Positions 11,163-21,240 of a stretch of 37,473 bases of DNA are shown here, piece after piece. Origin of the DNA: Hydrurus foetidus (lineage: Eukaryota); contig UYFQ01000057.1 of NCBI GenBank assembly GCA_900617105.1, positions 124,001-161,473 of the forward strand. Reading direction: 5' to 3'. The number at the start of each line of letters is the position of its first letter. The first letter of the stretch is position 1. Under the pieces are notes generated by a model that saw only the letters and a program-made list of their open reading frames with translations, was not told where the DNA came from and searched no databases. The translations under genes were made by a program, and so were the position numbers.

Positions 11163-12461
11163 ATGAACGCACCTACTACCGCCACCCCCACCACACCAGC
11201 CAACGCCATCGCCGCTGACGCTCCCAACACCAAGCGCAAGAAAGCCCTCACCGTCGTGTCCATCGTGGTCCTGCTAGGCCTGGCGTATGGCGGCTTTCAG
11301 TACTACGGCTCGCGCCACGCCGAAGAAACCGACAACGCCTACGTCCAAGGCAATGTGGTGCAGATCACACCGCAAATTAGCGGTACCGTGACCGCCATCC
11401 TGGCGGACGACACCGACTACGTGAAGGCCGGCCAACCCCTGGTGCAGCTGGACCCCGCTGACGCCCAGGTGGCGCTGGACCAGGCCGAGGCCAACCTGGC
11501 CCAGGCGGTGCGCCAAGTGCGCACGCTGTTCGCGAACAACGGCAGCCTGTCGGCCCAAGTGACCCTGCGCGAATCGGACATTGCCAAGGCACAAACCGAA
11601 ATCGCCCGCGCCAACGACGACTTGAACCGCCGCCAGGCCCTGTCGGGCAACGGCGCGGTGTCCAAGGAAGAGCTAAACCACGCCAAGTCGCAACTCGCCG
11701 CCGCACAAAACGCAATGGCCGCCGCACAAGCTGGCGTGGCCGCAGCACGCGAACAGCTCAGCAGCAATCAGAGCCTGACCGAAGGCACCAATGTGGAAGG
11801 ACACCCCAGTGTGATGGCCGCCGCTGCCAAGGTGCGTGAGGCTTACCTGGCCCTGCACCGCGCCACTCTGCCCGCCCCCGTGGATGGCTACGTGGCCAAA
11901 CGCACCGTGCAACTGGGCCAGCGCGTAGCCGCCGGCGCACCGCTGATGTCCATCATCCCACTGAACCAGCTGTGGGTAGATGCCAACTTCAAGGAAGTGC
12001 AACTGCGCAACATCCGCATCGGCCAACCGGTCAAACTCACCGCCGACCTCTATGGCAAGAAGATGGAATACACGGGCACCGTGGCCGGCCTGGGTGCTGG
12101 TACGGGCGCGGCCTTCGCCCTGTTGCCCGCACAAAACGCCACCGGCAACTGGATCAAGGTCGTGCAGCGTGTACCCGTGCGAGTGGCGCTGGATGCGGAG
12201 CAACTGGCCAAGAACCCCCTGCGCGTGGGCCTTTCCATGGAAGCCACGGTGGATGTGACCGACCAAAGCGGCAAGTCCCTGGCCGATGCGCCCCGCACTG
12301 CCAGCAGCGTGCAGACTGAGGTGTACTCCGCCCTGGACGGCCAGGCCGGCAACGAAGTGAAGCGTGTGATTGCAGCCAACCTGGGCCGTAGCGCTCCGCG
12401 TGCCGCCAGCCACGCCGTCGCTCACGCTGCCGCACCCGTGGCCACCGTGCAGGCCAACTAA
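11163..12461 (+). CDS. emrA: EmrA-type membrane fusion protein
   Basis: TDNAYV, ANFKEVQL, LLPAQNATGNWIKVVQRVPVR. Confidence 0.9.
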   Translation: MNAPTTATPTTPANAIAADAPNTKRKKALTVVSIVVLLGLAYGGFQYYGSRHAEETDNAYVQGNVVQITPQISGTVTAILADDTDYVKAGQPLVQLDPADAQVALDQAEANLAQAVRQVRTLFANNGSLSAQVTLRESDIAKAQTEIARANDDLNRRQALSGNGAVSKEELNHAKSQLAAAQNAMAAAQAGVAAAREQLSSNQSLTEGTNVEGHPSVMAAAAKVREAYLALHRATLPAPVDGYVAKRTVQLGQRVAAGAPLMSIIPLNQLWVDANFKEVQLRNIRIGQPVKLTADLYGKKMEYTGTVAGLGAGTGAAFALLPAQNATGNWIKVVQRVPVRVALDAEQLAKNPLRVGLSMEATVDVTDQSGKSLADAPRTASSVQTEVYSALDGQAGNEVKRVIAANLGRSAPRAASHAVAHAAAPVATVQAN

Positions 12462-12473
12462 GCAGGGGCTTGC

Positions 12474-14039
12474 ATGAGCTCCCCCGCCGCTTACACCCCG
12501 CCTGCGCCGCTGCAAGGCTCCGCCCGGATGTGGGGCACCATTGCCCTGTCCGCTGCCACGTTCATGAACGTGCTGGATTCGTCCATTGCCAACGTCTCGC
12601 TGCCCGCCATCGCGGGTGACTTGGGCGTCAGCCCCAATCAGGGCACCTGGGTCATCACCAGCTTTGGTGTGGCCAACGCCATTGCGCTGCCACTCACCGG
12701 CTGGCTGTCACAGCGCTTTGGTCAGGTGCGCCTGTTTGTCACCAGCGTGCTCCTATTCGTACTCTCCTCCTGGATGTGCGGGTTGGCTCCCAACATGAAC
12801 ACGTTGATTGCGGCACGTGCGCTGCAAGGCTTTGTGGCCGGCCCCATGATGCCGCTGGCCCAAACGCTGCTGCTTTCCAGTTATCCGCCGGCCATGGCGG
12901 GCATGGCCATGGCGCTCTGGGCCATGACCACCCTGGTCGCCCCCGTCATGGGGCCGTTGCTGGGTGGCTGGATTACGGACAACGCGCACTGGGGATGGAT
13001 CTTTTTCATCAACATTCCCGTGGGGGTACTGGCCGGTTTCATTACCTGGACCATCTTCCACAAGCGCGAAACTCCGACCCGCAAACTGCCCATCGACACG
13101 GTGGGGCTGGGCTTGCTGGTCGTGGCCGTCACCGCCATCCAGATGATGCTGGACCGCGGCAAGGAGCTGGACTGGTTCCACTCCACCGAAATCGTCACGC
13201 TGACGGTGGTGTCAGTGATTGCCTTTGCCTACTTCATCGTCTGGGAGTTCACCGATGAGCACCCCGTGGTGGACCTGAAGCTGTTCAAGGTGCGCAACTT
13301 CTGGACCGGCACGGTGTCCATGTCCGTGGCCTACAGCCTGTTTATGGGCAACCTGGTCTTGCTGCCGCTATGGTTGCAGCAGTTCATGGGCTATACCTCG
13401 ACCCAGGCTGGCATGCTGATGGCACCGGTGGGTATCTTCGCCATTATTCTGTCGCCCCTGGTCGGAAAAAACATCGCCAAGTTCGATCCGCGCAAGCTCA
13501 CCACGTTTGCCTTTATCGTGTTTGCCCTGGTGCTGTTCATGCGCTCCCAGTTCAACACGTCGGCAGACTTTGGAACTCTGATGATTCCAACAATCATCCA
13601 AGGCGTAGCGCTGGCGTTTTTCTTCATCCCGCTGACCACCATCACACTGGGTGGTGTGCCGGGTGACAAGATCGCGTCTGCGTCCGGGCTGTCCAGCTTT
13701 GCGCGGGTCTTGGGAGGGTCGTTCGGCACATCCATTGCCATCACAGTCTGGCAAGACCGCACGACCATGCACCACGCCCAGCTGACGGAAATGATTAACC
13801 GCGGCAGCAGCGCCTCGACCAGCACCCTGGCGGGTCTGAATGCCTCGGGCATGAGCAGCGAACAGGCGCTGAGCCAAATCAACCGCATGATTGACCAGCA
13901 AGCCGCCACGCTGGCAGCCAACGATGTGTTCTACGCCTCGGCCGTGATCTTCATGGTGCTCATTCCGCTGGTGTGGATGGCACGCCCCAAGCGCATGGGG
14001 GCTGCAGCCGCCAAAGAGGCAACGGCTGGCGCCCACTGA
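12474..14039 (+). CDS. emrB: EmrB/DHA2 MFS efflux permease
   Basis: ATFMNVLDSSIANVSLPAIAGDLG, WVITSFGVANAI, LDRGKELDWF. Confidence 0.92.
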   Translation: MSSPAAYTPPAPLQGSARMWGTIALSAATFMNVLDSSIANVSLPAIAGDLGVSPNQGTWVITSFGVANAIALPLTGWLSQRFGQVRLFVTSVLLFVLSSWMCGLAPNMNTLIAARALQGFVAGPMMPLAQTLLLSSYPPAMAGMAMALWAMTTLVAPVMGPLLGGWITDNAHWGWIFFINIPVGVLAGFITWTIFHKRETPTRKLPIDTVGLGLLVVAVTAIQMMLDRGKELDWFHSTEIVTLTVVSVIAFAYFIVWEFTDEHPVVDLKLFKVRNFWTGTVSMSVAYSLFMGNLVLLPLWLQQFMGYTSTQAGMLMAPVGIFAIILSPLVGKNIAKFDPRKLTTFAFIVFALVLFMRSQFNTSADFGTLMIPTIIQGVALAFFFIPLTTITLGGVPGDKIASASGLSSFARVLGGSFGTSIAITVWQDRTTMHHAQLTEMINRGSSASTSTLAGLNASGMSSEQALSQINRMIDQQAATLAANDVFYASAVIFMVLIPLVWMARPKRMGAAAAKEATAGAH

Positions 14040-14063
14040 TCGTAGTGGCTACTTTGCAGGCAT

Positions 14064-14092
14064 AAAAAAACGGGGCTTCAAGCCCCGTTTTT
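14064..14092. terminator. Bidirectional intrinsic terminator
   Basis: AAAAAAACGGGGCTT-C-AAGCCCCGTTTTT between convergent genes. Confidence 0.9.
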
Positions 14093-14111
14093 CGTTGGTA
14101 GTGCACTGCGC

Positions 14112-14603
14112 TTAGCGACCCAGCTCCGGGCCCTGCGGCGCCGTGGCGGCGCGGCTGTTGCGCGCACCGTTGTTCACCGACCAGGGAATCACCGGCGACT
14201 GCTCCAGCGGCTTGGCCTTGGTGAACAGCGCCTGCCAGAAGAAACCACCCTGGAAGGCAATCACTTCAAACAGGATGTAGCTTTGCGAGCTGCTGGACAA
14301 CCACAGGTTGTACGTAGGGTAGAAAACAATGGGGGAAACCAGCAAGGGCAAGACGATACGCCCGACCTGCACCGACTCCAGACCCTTGCCCATGTTGAAC
14401 AGGTCCCAGTAGTAGTTGGAAAACATGCCCATCACCATCCAGCAGGCCAAGTGCCACACAAACACGATGCCGTGGTTGCGCACCAGCAGGGTGATCCAGG
14501 GTTGCGAACCTTCGTCGGCATTCACAATGAGAATCATGAAGGCGCCAGTGGTGATTAGCACCACGGCGTAAATGAACATCAGAAATTTAAGCGCTCTGGA
14601 CAT
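14112..14603 (-). CDS. Hypothetical membrane protein (3-4 TM)
   Basis: 163-aa ORF with hydrophobic segments filling the space between the terminator and scoB. Confidence 0.7.
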   Translation of the reverse strand: MSRALKFLMFIYAVVLITTGAFMILIVNADEGSQPWITLLVRNHGIVFVWHLACWMVMGMFSNYYWDLFNMGKGLESVQVGRIVLPLLVSPIVFYPTYNLWLSSSSQSYILFEVIAFQGGFFWQALFTKAKPLEQSPVIPWSVNNGARNSRAATAPQGPELGR

Positions 14604-14656
14604 GTTTTCCCCGGGTTTGGATTGGCGATCGCATCTTACCCGGTGTCAGCCCCGCC

Positions 14657-15295
14657 TCAGAGCAGGGGAACCCCTGTTTTCGCTTGCAGCTCCTCACGGC
14701 TCACGCCCGGAGCCAGCTCTACCAGCTTCAAGCCCGCTGGGGTCACGTCCATCACGGCCAGGTCGGTGATGATGCGGTCCACTACGCCCACGCCAGTTAG
14801 CGGCAAGGTGCACTGGGGCAGAATCTTCAGATCTTCGGTGCCGTCTTTCTTCTTCGCCACGTGTTCCATCAGCACGATGACGCGCTTCACGCCGGCCACC
14901 AGGTCCATGGCGCCGCCCATGCCCTTGACCATCTTGCCCGGGATCATCCAGTTGGCCAGATCACCTTTGGCACTGACCTGCATGGCACCCAGGATGCTCA
15001 AGTTGATCTTGCCACCGCGGATCATGGCGAAGCTATCGTGGCTGCCAAAAATGCTGCTGCCCTTGATCGTGGTGACGGTCTGCTTGCCCGCATTGATCAG
15101 GTCGGCGTCCACCTCGTCTTCGGTGGGAAACGGGCCAATGCCGAGCATGCCGTTCTCGGACTGCAGCCACACTTCTTTGTCGGCAGGCACATGGTTGGCC
15201 ACCAGCGTGGGGATGCCGATGCCCAGGTTCACATAGAAGCCGTCTTCCAGCTCGTGCGCCGCGCGGGCCGCCATTTGGTCTTGGTTCCAGGCCAT
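14657..15295 (-). CDS. scoB: 3-oxoacid CoA-transferase subunit B
   Basis: [19 protein letters not shown] (catalytic Glu), GMGGAMDLV. Confidence 0.92.
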   Translation of the reverse strand: MAWNQDQMAARAAHELEDGFYVNLGIGIPTLVANHVPADKEVWLQSENGMLGIGPFPTEDEVDADLINAGKQTVTTIKGSSIFGSHDSFAMIRGGKINLSILGAMQVSAKGDLANWMIPGKMVKGMGGAMDLVAGVKRVIVLMEHVAKKKDGTEDLKILPQCTLPLTGVGVVDRIITDLAVMDVTPAGLKLVELAPGVSREELQAKTGVPLL

Positions 15296-15297
15296 GG

Positions 15298-16005
15298 TCA
15301 GACTCCTTCTTTCGGGGTGATGGTGCGTTTTTCAATGCGTTTTTCGGGTGTCGCGTTCAGCACGATGCGGTGCACGTAAATACCGGGCAGGTGTACCTGG
15401 TCGGGCGCGATGTCACCGGTTTCCACGATTTCTTCCACTTCCACCACGGTGATCTTGCCGGCCATGGCCGCGGCCGGGTTGAAGTTGCGCGCCGTAAAGC
15501 GGAACTGCAGGTTGCCCGACTTGTCGGCACGGTGCGCCTTCACCAGAGCCACATCGGGCAACAGGGCGCGCTCCATCACATAGGTTTCGCCATCAAACTC
15601 GCGCAGCTCTTTGCCCTCGGCCACAACGGTGCCCACACCCGTCTTGGTGAAGAAAGCCGGAATACCTGCACCGCCCGCGCGCAGCTTCTCGGCCAGCGTG
15701 CCTTGGGGGGTGAATTCCAGCTCCAGCTCGCCGGCCAGGTACTGGCGCTCAAACTCCTTGTTCTCGCCCACGTAAGACGAGATCATTTTCTTGATCTGGC
15801 GGGTTTCCAGCAACTTGCCCAGGCCAAAGCCGTCAACGCCCGCATTGTTGGAAATGGCGGTGAGGTTCTTGGCGCCGCTGTCTCGCAGTGCATCAATCAA
15901 CGCCTCGGGAATGCCGCACAAGCCGAAGCCGCCTACAGCCAGCAGTTGGCCGTCTTTGACGATGCCTTCAAGTGCCTTCTCGGCACTGGGATAGATCTTG
16001 TTCAC
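15298..16005 (-). CDS. scoA: 3-oxoacid CoA-transferase subunit A
   Basis: [36 protein letters not shown]. Confidence 0.92.
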   Translation of the reverse strand: MNKIYPSAEKALEGIVKDGQLLAVGGFGLCGIPEALIDALRDSGAKNLTAISNNAGVDGFGLGKLLETRQIKKMISSYVGENKEFERQYLAGELELEFTPQGTLAEKLRAGGAGIPAFFTKTGVGTVVAEGKELREFDGETYVMERALLPDVALVKAHRADKSGNLQFRFTARNFNPAAAMAGKITVVEVEEIVETGDIAPDQVHLPGIYVHRIVLNATPEKRIEKRTITPKEGV

Positions 16006-16064
16006 TGCGCGTATCTCCTAAGTGGATGAAAACAACATGGACGTTACGATACTACTTATAGATA

Positions 16065-16080
16065 TACGTAGTTTTCCGTA
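16065..16080. promoter_or_regulatory. Putative operator between scoA and PAS-LuxR
   Basis: TACG-N8-CGTA inverted repeat in an AT-rich divergent intergenic region. Confidence 0.4.
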
Positions 16081-16127
16081 AAGCCTAACCCTCGGCTACT
16101 GCTCACACTTTTAAGCCCACATGCCCC

Positions 16128-16682
16128 ATGGACATTGACTACCGCCTTGCTTTCAATATCGCCCCAGTGGGCATGGCCTTGTCACGCAACCGCAACATCG
16201 TGGACTGCAACCAGCAACTGTGCGACATGTTTGGTGCCACCCGCGAACAACTCATCGACCAGTCGTTCCAGATTTTGTACCCCAGTGCCGACGAGTTTGA
16301 GCGCACCGGTGCGCGCATTGCCCCCATCATGAACCGCGACGGCAGTTATGCCGATGACCGCATCATGAAGCGGGTAGACGGCCGTTTCAAGGGCGAAGCC
16401 TTTTGGTGCCACGTGACCGGCCGCGCGCTGAACCAGGATGCGCCGCACGAAGCCGGCATCTGGTGCTTTGAAGACCTGAGTGCCCGCCGCCCCGTGAAGG
16501 CCGAACTCACGCCCCGTGAACGTGAGGTGGCTGCCCATCTAATGCAGGGGCTGACCTCCAAGCAGATCGGCAAGACGCTGACGATCAGCCACCGCACGGT
16601 GGAGATTTACCGCGCTCGGCTAATGCGCAAATACAAAGCATCCACTACCGCGGATTTGGTGCACAGGCTGATGTCCGGGTGA
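16128..16682 (+). CDS. PAS-domain LuxR-family transcriptional regulator
   Basis: N-terminal PAS-like region; C-terminal LTPREREVA...GLTSKQIG...ISHRTVEIYRARLMRK. Confidence 0.9.
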   Translation: MDIDYRLAFNIAPVGMALSRNRNIVDCNQQLCDMFGATREQLIDQSFQILYPSADEFERTGARIAPIMNRDGSYADDRIMKRVDGRFKGEAFWCHVTGRALNQDAPHEAGIWCFEDLSARRPVKAELTPREREVAAHLMQGLTSKQIGKTLTISHRTVEIYRARLMRKYKASTTADLVHRLMSG

Positions 16683-16771
16683 GCGATTGCCGCAGCGCAC
16701 ATGCTGGGCTGAAACCTTGCACTGACCACTAGGCCGCCGAGACTCTGGCTTTGAAACACCCAAGAGCCAGC

Positions 16772-17350
16772 TCAACGAGGCGACCTGAGGGCGTTCAATA
16801 CGCGGGCCAGGCTGGACAGTGCTCCCTCGGGGCTGCCCGCAACCTGGGCCTGAACGATCGCTCCATCTATGGCCAACGCCGCCGCTTGCGCATCCAGCAA
16901 ACGGCGCTTCGATGGGGGAAGCAGCGCGGCCACTGCCGCTGTCATGCTCTCTTTGTGCACCCGCGCGATGTCGACCACCTCGGGCTGGGCCCCACCCAGC
17001 TCGACCACACCATTGATGAACGCGCAACCCCGAAAACCATCATCTTCAAACCACTCACGCAACGCGGGCACCACGGCATCCATGCCCGCGTACTCCGTGC
17101 CGTACCTGCGCAGTGCGTCGGTAAACCACGCCATCCACTTCTCATGCCGGTAGGTGAGGAAGGCCAGGATCAACTCGTTCTTGCTGGGGAAGTGGCGGTA
17201 GAAAGTCACCTTGGCAACCCCGGACTCCGCAATCACGCGGTCGATGCCAGTGGCCCGAACTCCCTCGCTGTAGAAAAGCCTGTGGGCAGTCAGCAAGATG
17301 CGCTCACGAGCGGGTTGGTCTTTCAATTCGGGAGTGGTGAAGAGCGACAT
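16772..17350 (-). CDS. TetR/AcrR-family regulator
   Basis: ARERILLTAHRLFYSEGVRATGIDRVIAESGVAKVTFYRHFPSK; start at ATG 17350. Confidence 0.92.
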   Translation of the reverse strand: MSLFTTPELKDQPARERILLTAHRLFYSEGVRATGIDRVIAESGVAKVTFYRHFPSKNELILAFLTYRHEKWMAWFTDALRRYGTEYAGMDAVVPALREWFEDDGFRGCAFINGVVELGGAQPEVVDIARVHKESMTAAVAALLPPSKRRLLDAQAAALAIDGAIVQAQVAGSPEGALSSLARVLNALRSPR

Positions 17351-17360
17351 GGGTGCAATT

Positions 17361-17414
17361 GTAGACAAGTCTGTCTACATGGGTTAGCATTTGCATGTAG
17401 ACAGATCTGTCTAC
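17361..17414. promoter_or_regulatory. Two TetR operator palindromes
   Basis: GTAGACAAGTCTGTCTAC (17361-17378) and perfect palindrome GTAGACAGATCTGTCTAC (17397-17414). Confidence 0.85.
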
Positions 17415-17447
17415 TCACTTCCATCCATGCTTTGAAAAGGACGCCCC

Positions 17448-17915
17448 ATGGCATCCCGCCCGCCACTCCCCCCCTTCACCCTTGAAACCGCCAACCAGAA
17501 AGTGCGTCTGGCGGAGGACGCTTGGAACTCGCGCGACCCGGCACGCATCGTGTTGGCCTACAGCACGGATACGCGCTGGCGCAACCGCACCGAGTTTCCC
17601 GTCGGCCGAGATGCCGCACAAGCATTGCTGGAACGCAAATGGGCACGCGAGCTGGACTACCGTTTGATCAAGGAAATCTGGGCCTGCGCCAACAACCGGA
17701 TCGCTGTGCGCTTCGCCTATGAATGGCACGATGACGCGGGAAACTGGTTCCGCAGCTACGGCAATGAGAACTGGGAATTCAATGTGGAAGGCTTGATGAC
17801 CCAGCGCCACGCGAGCATCAACGACCAACCTATCCAGGACGCGGATCGTAAATTCTTCTGGCCGTTGGGTCGCCGCCCTGACGAGCACCCTGGGTTGAGT
17901 GATCTCGGCCTATAA
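17448..17915 (+). CDS. DUF1348 (SnoaL/NTF2-like) protein
   Basis: RPPLPPFT...[14 protein letters not shown]...WRNR...ELDYRLIKE...[10 protein letters not shown]. Confidence 0.88.
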   Translation: MASRPPLPPFTLETANQKVRLAEDAWNSRDPARIVLAYSTDTRWRNRTEFPVGRDAAQALLERKWARELDYRLIKEIWACANNRIAVRFAYEWHDDAGNWFRSYGNENWEFNVEGLMTQRHASINDQPIQDADRKFFWPLGRRPDEHPGLSDLGL

Positions 17916-17971
17916 GGTGCAGTTCTTGCTTGCAAACTTGACTGTCCAACCCCTACCACCCAGGAGCAAAT

Positions 17972-18415
17972 ATGAACCGCAACGACGTCACAGAAAAAAT
18001 CATCGCCACCAAAGTTTCCGAAGGGCTGAAATGGGAAAACATCGCCAAGAAGGTGGGGCTGAGCAAAGAGTGGGTGACCGCGGGCTGCCTGGGCCAAATG
18101 ACCTTTGATGAAAAACAGGCCAAGGTCATCGGCAAAATATTCAGCCTCAGTGCCGAGGAGATCAAATGGCTCCAGGTCGTGCCCTACAAAGGATCACTCG
18201 CCACGGTAGTGCCAACCGACCCGCTGATCTATCGCTGGTATGAATTGGTCAATGTGTACGGCACCACCATCAAGGAATTGATCCATGAAGAGTTCGGTGA
18301 CGGCATCATGAGCGCGATCGATTTCAGCATGGATATCGTGCGCCAACCCGACCCAAAAGGTGACCGCGTGAACGTGGTGCTCTCGGGCAAGTTCCTTCCT
18401 TACAAGCAGTACTGA
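17972..18415 (+). CDS. cynS: Cyanate hydratase (cyanase)
   Basis: PTDPLIYRWYE, IHEEFGDGIMSAIDF, GKFLPY. Confidence 0.95.
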   Translation: MNRNDVTEKIIATKVSEGLKWENIAKKVGLSKEWVTAGCLGQMTFDEKQAKVIGKIFSLSAEEIKWLQVVPYKGSLATVVPTDPLIYRWYELVNVYGTTIKELIHEEFGDGIMSAIDFSMDIVRQPDPKGDRVNVVLSGKFLPYKQY

Positions 18416-18419
18416 GCGC

Positions 18420-18666
18420 GGAGCCATCGGCTTGCGCCAGGCTGTGGGCGGCCACATCACCCTCAATGTAGATGTGGCGCTGCATGTGGTAGCGCACTTG
18501 GCCTTGTGCGTTCTTGCTTTCCACATGGTCCACCGTCACACGCAAGTCGGTGACCGGCATTTGCCGACGTCGAATGTAGAGCTCCAGCGTCAAGGTGGTA
18601 CAGGCGGCCAACGCAGAGCGTTGTGAGTGCACCGTTGGCGCGGTGTAGTTTGGCTTCTATGGTCAT
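18420..18666 (-). pseudogene. OsmC-family remnant
   Basis: Start MTIEAKLHRANG in one frame, then SALAACTTLTLELYIRRRQMPVTDLRVTV in another. The middle segment and the second Cys/C-terminus are missing. Confidence 0.6.
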
Positions 18667-19485
18667 CGTTGTTTCATCCAGCGTGCAATTGCTCCGCGCG
18701 GGTTCCGATCATGACGTATCGAGACTCGCAGCGTTGCGCACCTGAACATCCACCGGATTAGGTCGTAGCCGCCCACCAGATTGTTGGTGGGGTCCAAGGG
18801 AATCAACCCCGCACTGGGCAGGTACACCTTCAGCCACGCGTGCGTAGAGCCCACGCTCGAGCTGGGCTGCGCACCGCTGTCTTGTGATGGCACATAAACA
18901 TATCCCGACACAAAGCGTGCGGCATAGCCCAGATGGCGCACGGCCTCCATCATCAGCGTCGCGTAGCCACGGCAAGTACCGCTTTGCCAACGCAGTGTCG
19001 CGTAGGGCGTTTGCACACCTTCGTCGAAGCGGGCTCGGTATTGCAGGGTGTTGCGGATGAACTGGTTCATCTGCACCAGCAGTTCACGGGTGCCGGTGTT
19101 GCCGCCACCAGGCGCAACAAAACCCTGTGCCCAGGCGCGCAAGCTGCCATCGGGATCGTCGTAGTACGGCTCCAGACAATGCGCCAGCGCGATTCGCTCT
19201 TCCGAACTGTAGGCAAAGGGGTAGGACTGCACACGGGCGTCCAGCGCAAAGTCGAGCGCCCGTGTGCCCGTGTGTTCTACCGAGAAGTTGCACACCACCT
19301 TGAATTCAGTGGCCGGACTTTGCGGCTGTACCAAGGCCACCGAGTTGGAGTACGCATCCTGGATCAGATGCACATCATGTGGCTCTGGCGTAACGTCCAT
19401 TGAGGTGGACAGTACCCGCAAGTCATGGCTATCGCGCGGCCGAAACAGCACTTGGTGCAAACCCAGCGCTACCGGACTCACCGTA
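18663..19485 (-). pseudogene. Transglutaminase-like protein, truncated
   Basis: PVALGLHQVLFRPRDSHDLR, GTCRGYATLMMEA, ARFVSGY, THAWLKVYLP, DPTNN. No credible start, aberrant C-terminus, and G where the family usually has D after the catalytic C-R. Confidence 0.65.
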
Positions 19486-19491
19486 TCGGCA

Positions 19492-19797
19492 CTACGTCGG
19501 CTGCACCCCGTCATAGCCCTCAATCACAATCACATCCGCCGTCGCCGCGCCGATGCGAAAGCTCTTGGCGTGCTGGTATTCGGGGGAATTCCAGCAGTCC
19601 TGCGCCGCCTGGTAGCTGGGGAATTCGATCACCACGTTGCGGCTGCGGGCGCCGCCCTCCACCGCCTCAAACTGGCCGGACCGCACCAAAAAACGCGCGC
19701 CGTATTTGGCAAACGCCGTGGCGTTGGCGGTGATGTAGCCCTTGTACTGCTCGGAGTCGCTCACGTCAACGCGGGCTACCCAATATCCTTTGCTCAT
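19492..19797 (-). CDS. DUF1330 protein
   Basis: MSKGYWVARVDV...YGARFLVRSG...EGGARSRNVVIEFPSYQAA...YQHAK; AAGGAG RBS upstream. Confidence 0.88.
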   Translation of the reverse strand: MSKGYWVARVDVSDSEQYKGYITANATAFAKYGARFLVRSGQFEAVEGGARSRNVVIEFPSYQAAQDCWNSPEYQHAKSFRIGAATADVIVIEGYDGVQPT

Positions 19798-20088
19798 CGT
19801 TCTCGCTCCTTGGTTCAAATCAGATGGCGCATGGCATGCGCGGTTTCCTTCAGCACATTCGGCGCCCGGTGGTGCAGCTCCAGCTGTTGCTCCGACCCGG
19901 CCCAACCCTGTAGGCGAAATGTACGCGGTCCCGGCCAGACCGATACGCTCTTGTAGCCCGCCCCAACCTTAAGGGAAAGCCCTAGCCGATATTGGAGGCG
20001 CGGTACAAGCCGTTGGCGGCAGGGTATTGGCGCAAGTCGATACAGAGACGTAACCTGAGATGCAGACTCTCATTGCATCGTATGGGTT

Positions 20089-21240
20089 ATGAAAACGCAA
20101 AATCGTTGGATCTGGTCCCTGGTCGCGGCTGCCAGCACGCTTGCGGGCGGCAACGCGCTCGCCGTCACAGATATCACCGTGGCCACGGTGAACAACCGCC
20201 AAATGATCGAAATGCAAAAGCTCAGCGTGCATTTCGAGAAGGCCAACCCCGACATCCACGTCAAGTGGACCACCATGGAAGAGTCCGACCTGCGCCAGCG
20301 TGTGAGCGCCGACGTCACCGACAAGGGCGGCCCGTTCGACGTGGTCACCATCGGCATGTACGAGACACCCATCTGGGCCGCCAAAGGCTGGCTGCGCGAG
20401 ATCACCCCCACCGACGCCTACAACGTCAAGGACCTGATCCCCACCGTGCGCGATGGCCTGTCGTACAACAAGCGTCTGTATGCCGCGCCCTTCTATGGCG
20501 AGGGCTCCATGACCATGTACCGCACCGACCTGTTTGACAAGGCGGACCTCACCATCAACAACCGCCCGACCTGGGAACAGATTGCCGCCGCCGCCGCCAA
20601 GATCCACAACCCCGCGGCAGGGCTGTACGGTCCACCCAACGCGGTAGCCAACAGCTTCAACGAAAACCTGGACCTGTTCGCCCAGGGCAAGTGCGGGATC
20701 TGGGTGGACGCCACCAGCGCCGGTGGTGCGCTGATCGACCCCAAGTTCAGCAAGGTGGCCAGCGTGACGGGCTTCTCGCTGTCGCCCACGGCGGTGACCA
20801 ACAAGGGTGCCGGTTGGCTGTGGGCCTGGGCACTGGCGATTCCCGCCAGCAGCAAAAATGCCGACGCAGCCCAGCGCTTTGTGCAGTGGGCCACGTCCGA
20901 GCCCTACCTGCGCCTGGTGGCCGAGACCAAGGGCTGGGCGGCCATGCCATCGGGCACGCGCCTGTCCACCTACCAACGCCCCGAGTTCACCAAGGCCGCA
21001 CGCTTTGCGATGACCGAAGCGATTGCCATGGTCACCGCCAACCCGCGGGATGCCACCGAGGGCAAAGCGCCCTATGTGGGCGTACAGTTTGTCGCCATCC
21101 CCGAGTTTCAGGATATTGGTGAAATCACCGGCGCCGAGATCCGCGATGCACTGGCCGGCAAGCAGTCGGTCGAGCAGGCCCTGCAAAAGGCGCAGGCCAA
21201 GACCGACCAGTTGATGCGCGTGGCCGGCTATTACAAATGA
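20089..21240 (+). CDS. Polyol/sugar ABC substrate-binding protein (SmoE-like), probable internal in-frame deletion
   Basis: [59 protein letters not shown]. Confidence 0.8.
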   Translation: MKTQNRWIWSLVAAASTLAGGNALAVTDITVATVNNRQMIEMQKLSVHFEKANPDIHVKWTTMEESDLRQRVSADVTDKGGPFDVVTIGMYETPIWAAKGWLREITPTDAYNVKDLIPTVRDGLSYNKRLYAAPFYGEGSMTMYRTDLFDKADLTINNRPTWEQIAAAAAKIHNPAAGLYGPPNAVANSFNENLDLFAQGKCGIWVDATSAGGALIDPKFSKVASVTGFSLSPTAVTNKGAGWLWAWALAIPASSKNADAAQRFVQWATSEPYLRLVAETKGWAAMPSGTRLSTYQRPEFTKAARFAMTEAIAMVTANPRDATEGKAPYVGVQFVAIPEFQDIGEITGAEIRDALAGKQSVEQALQKAQAKTDQLMRVAGYYK

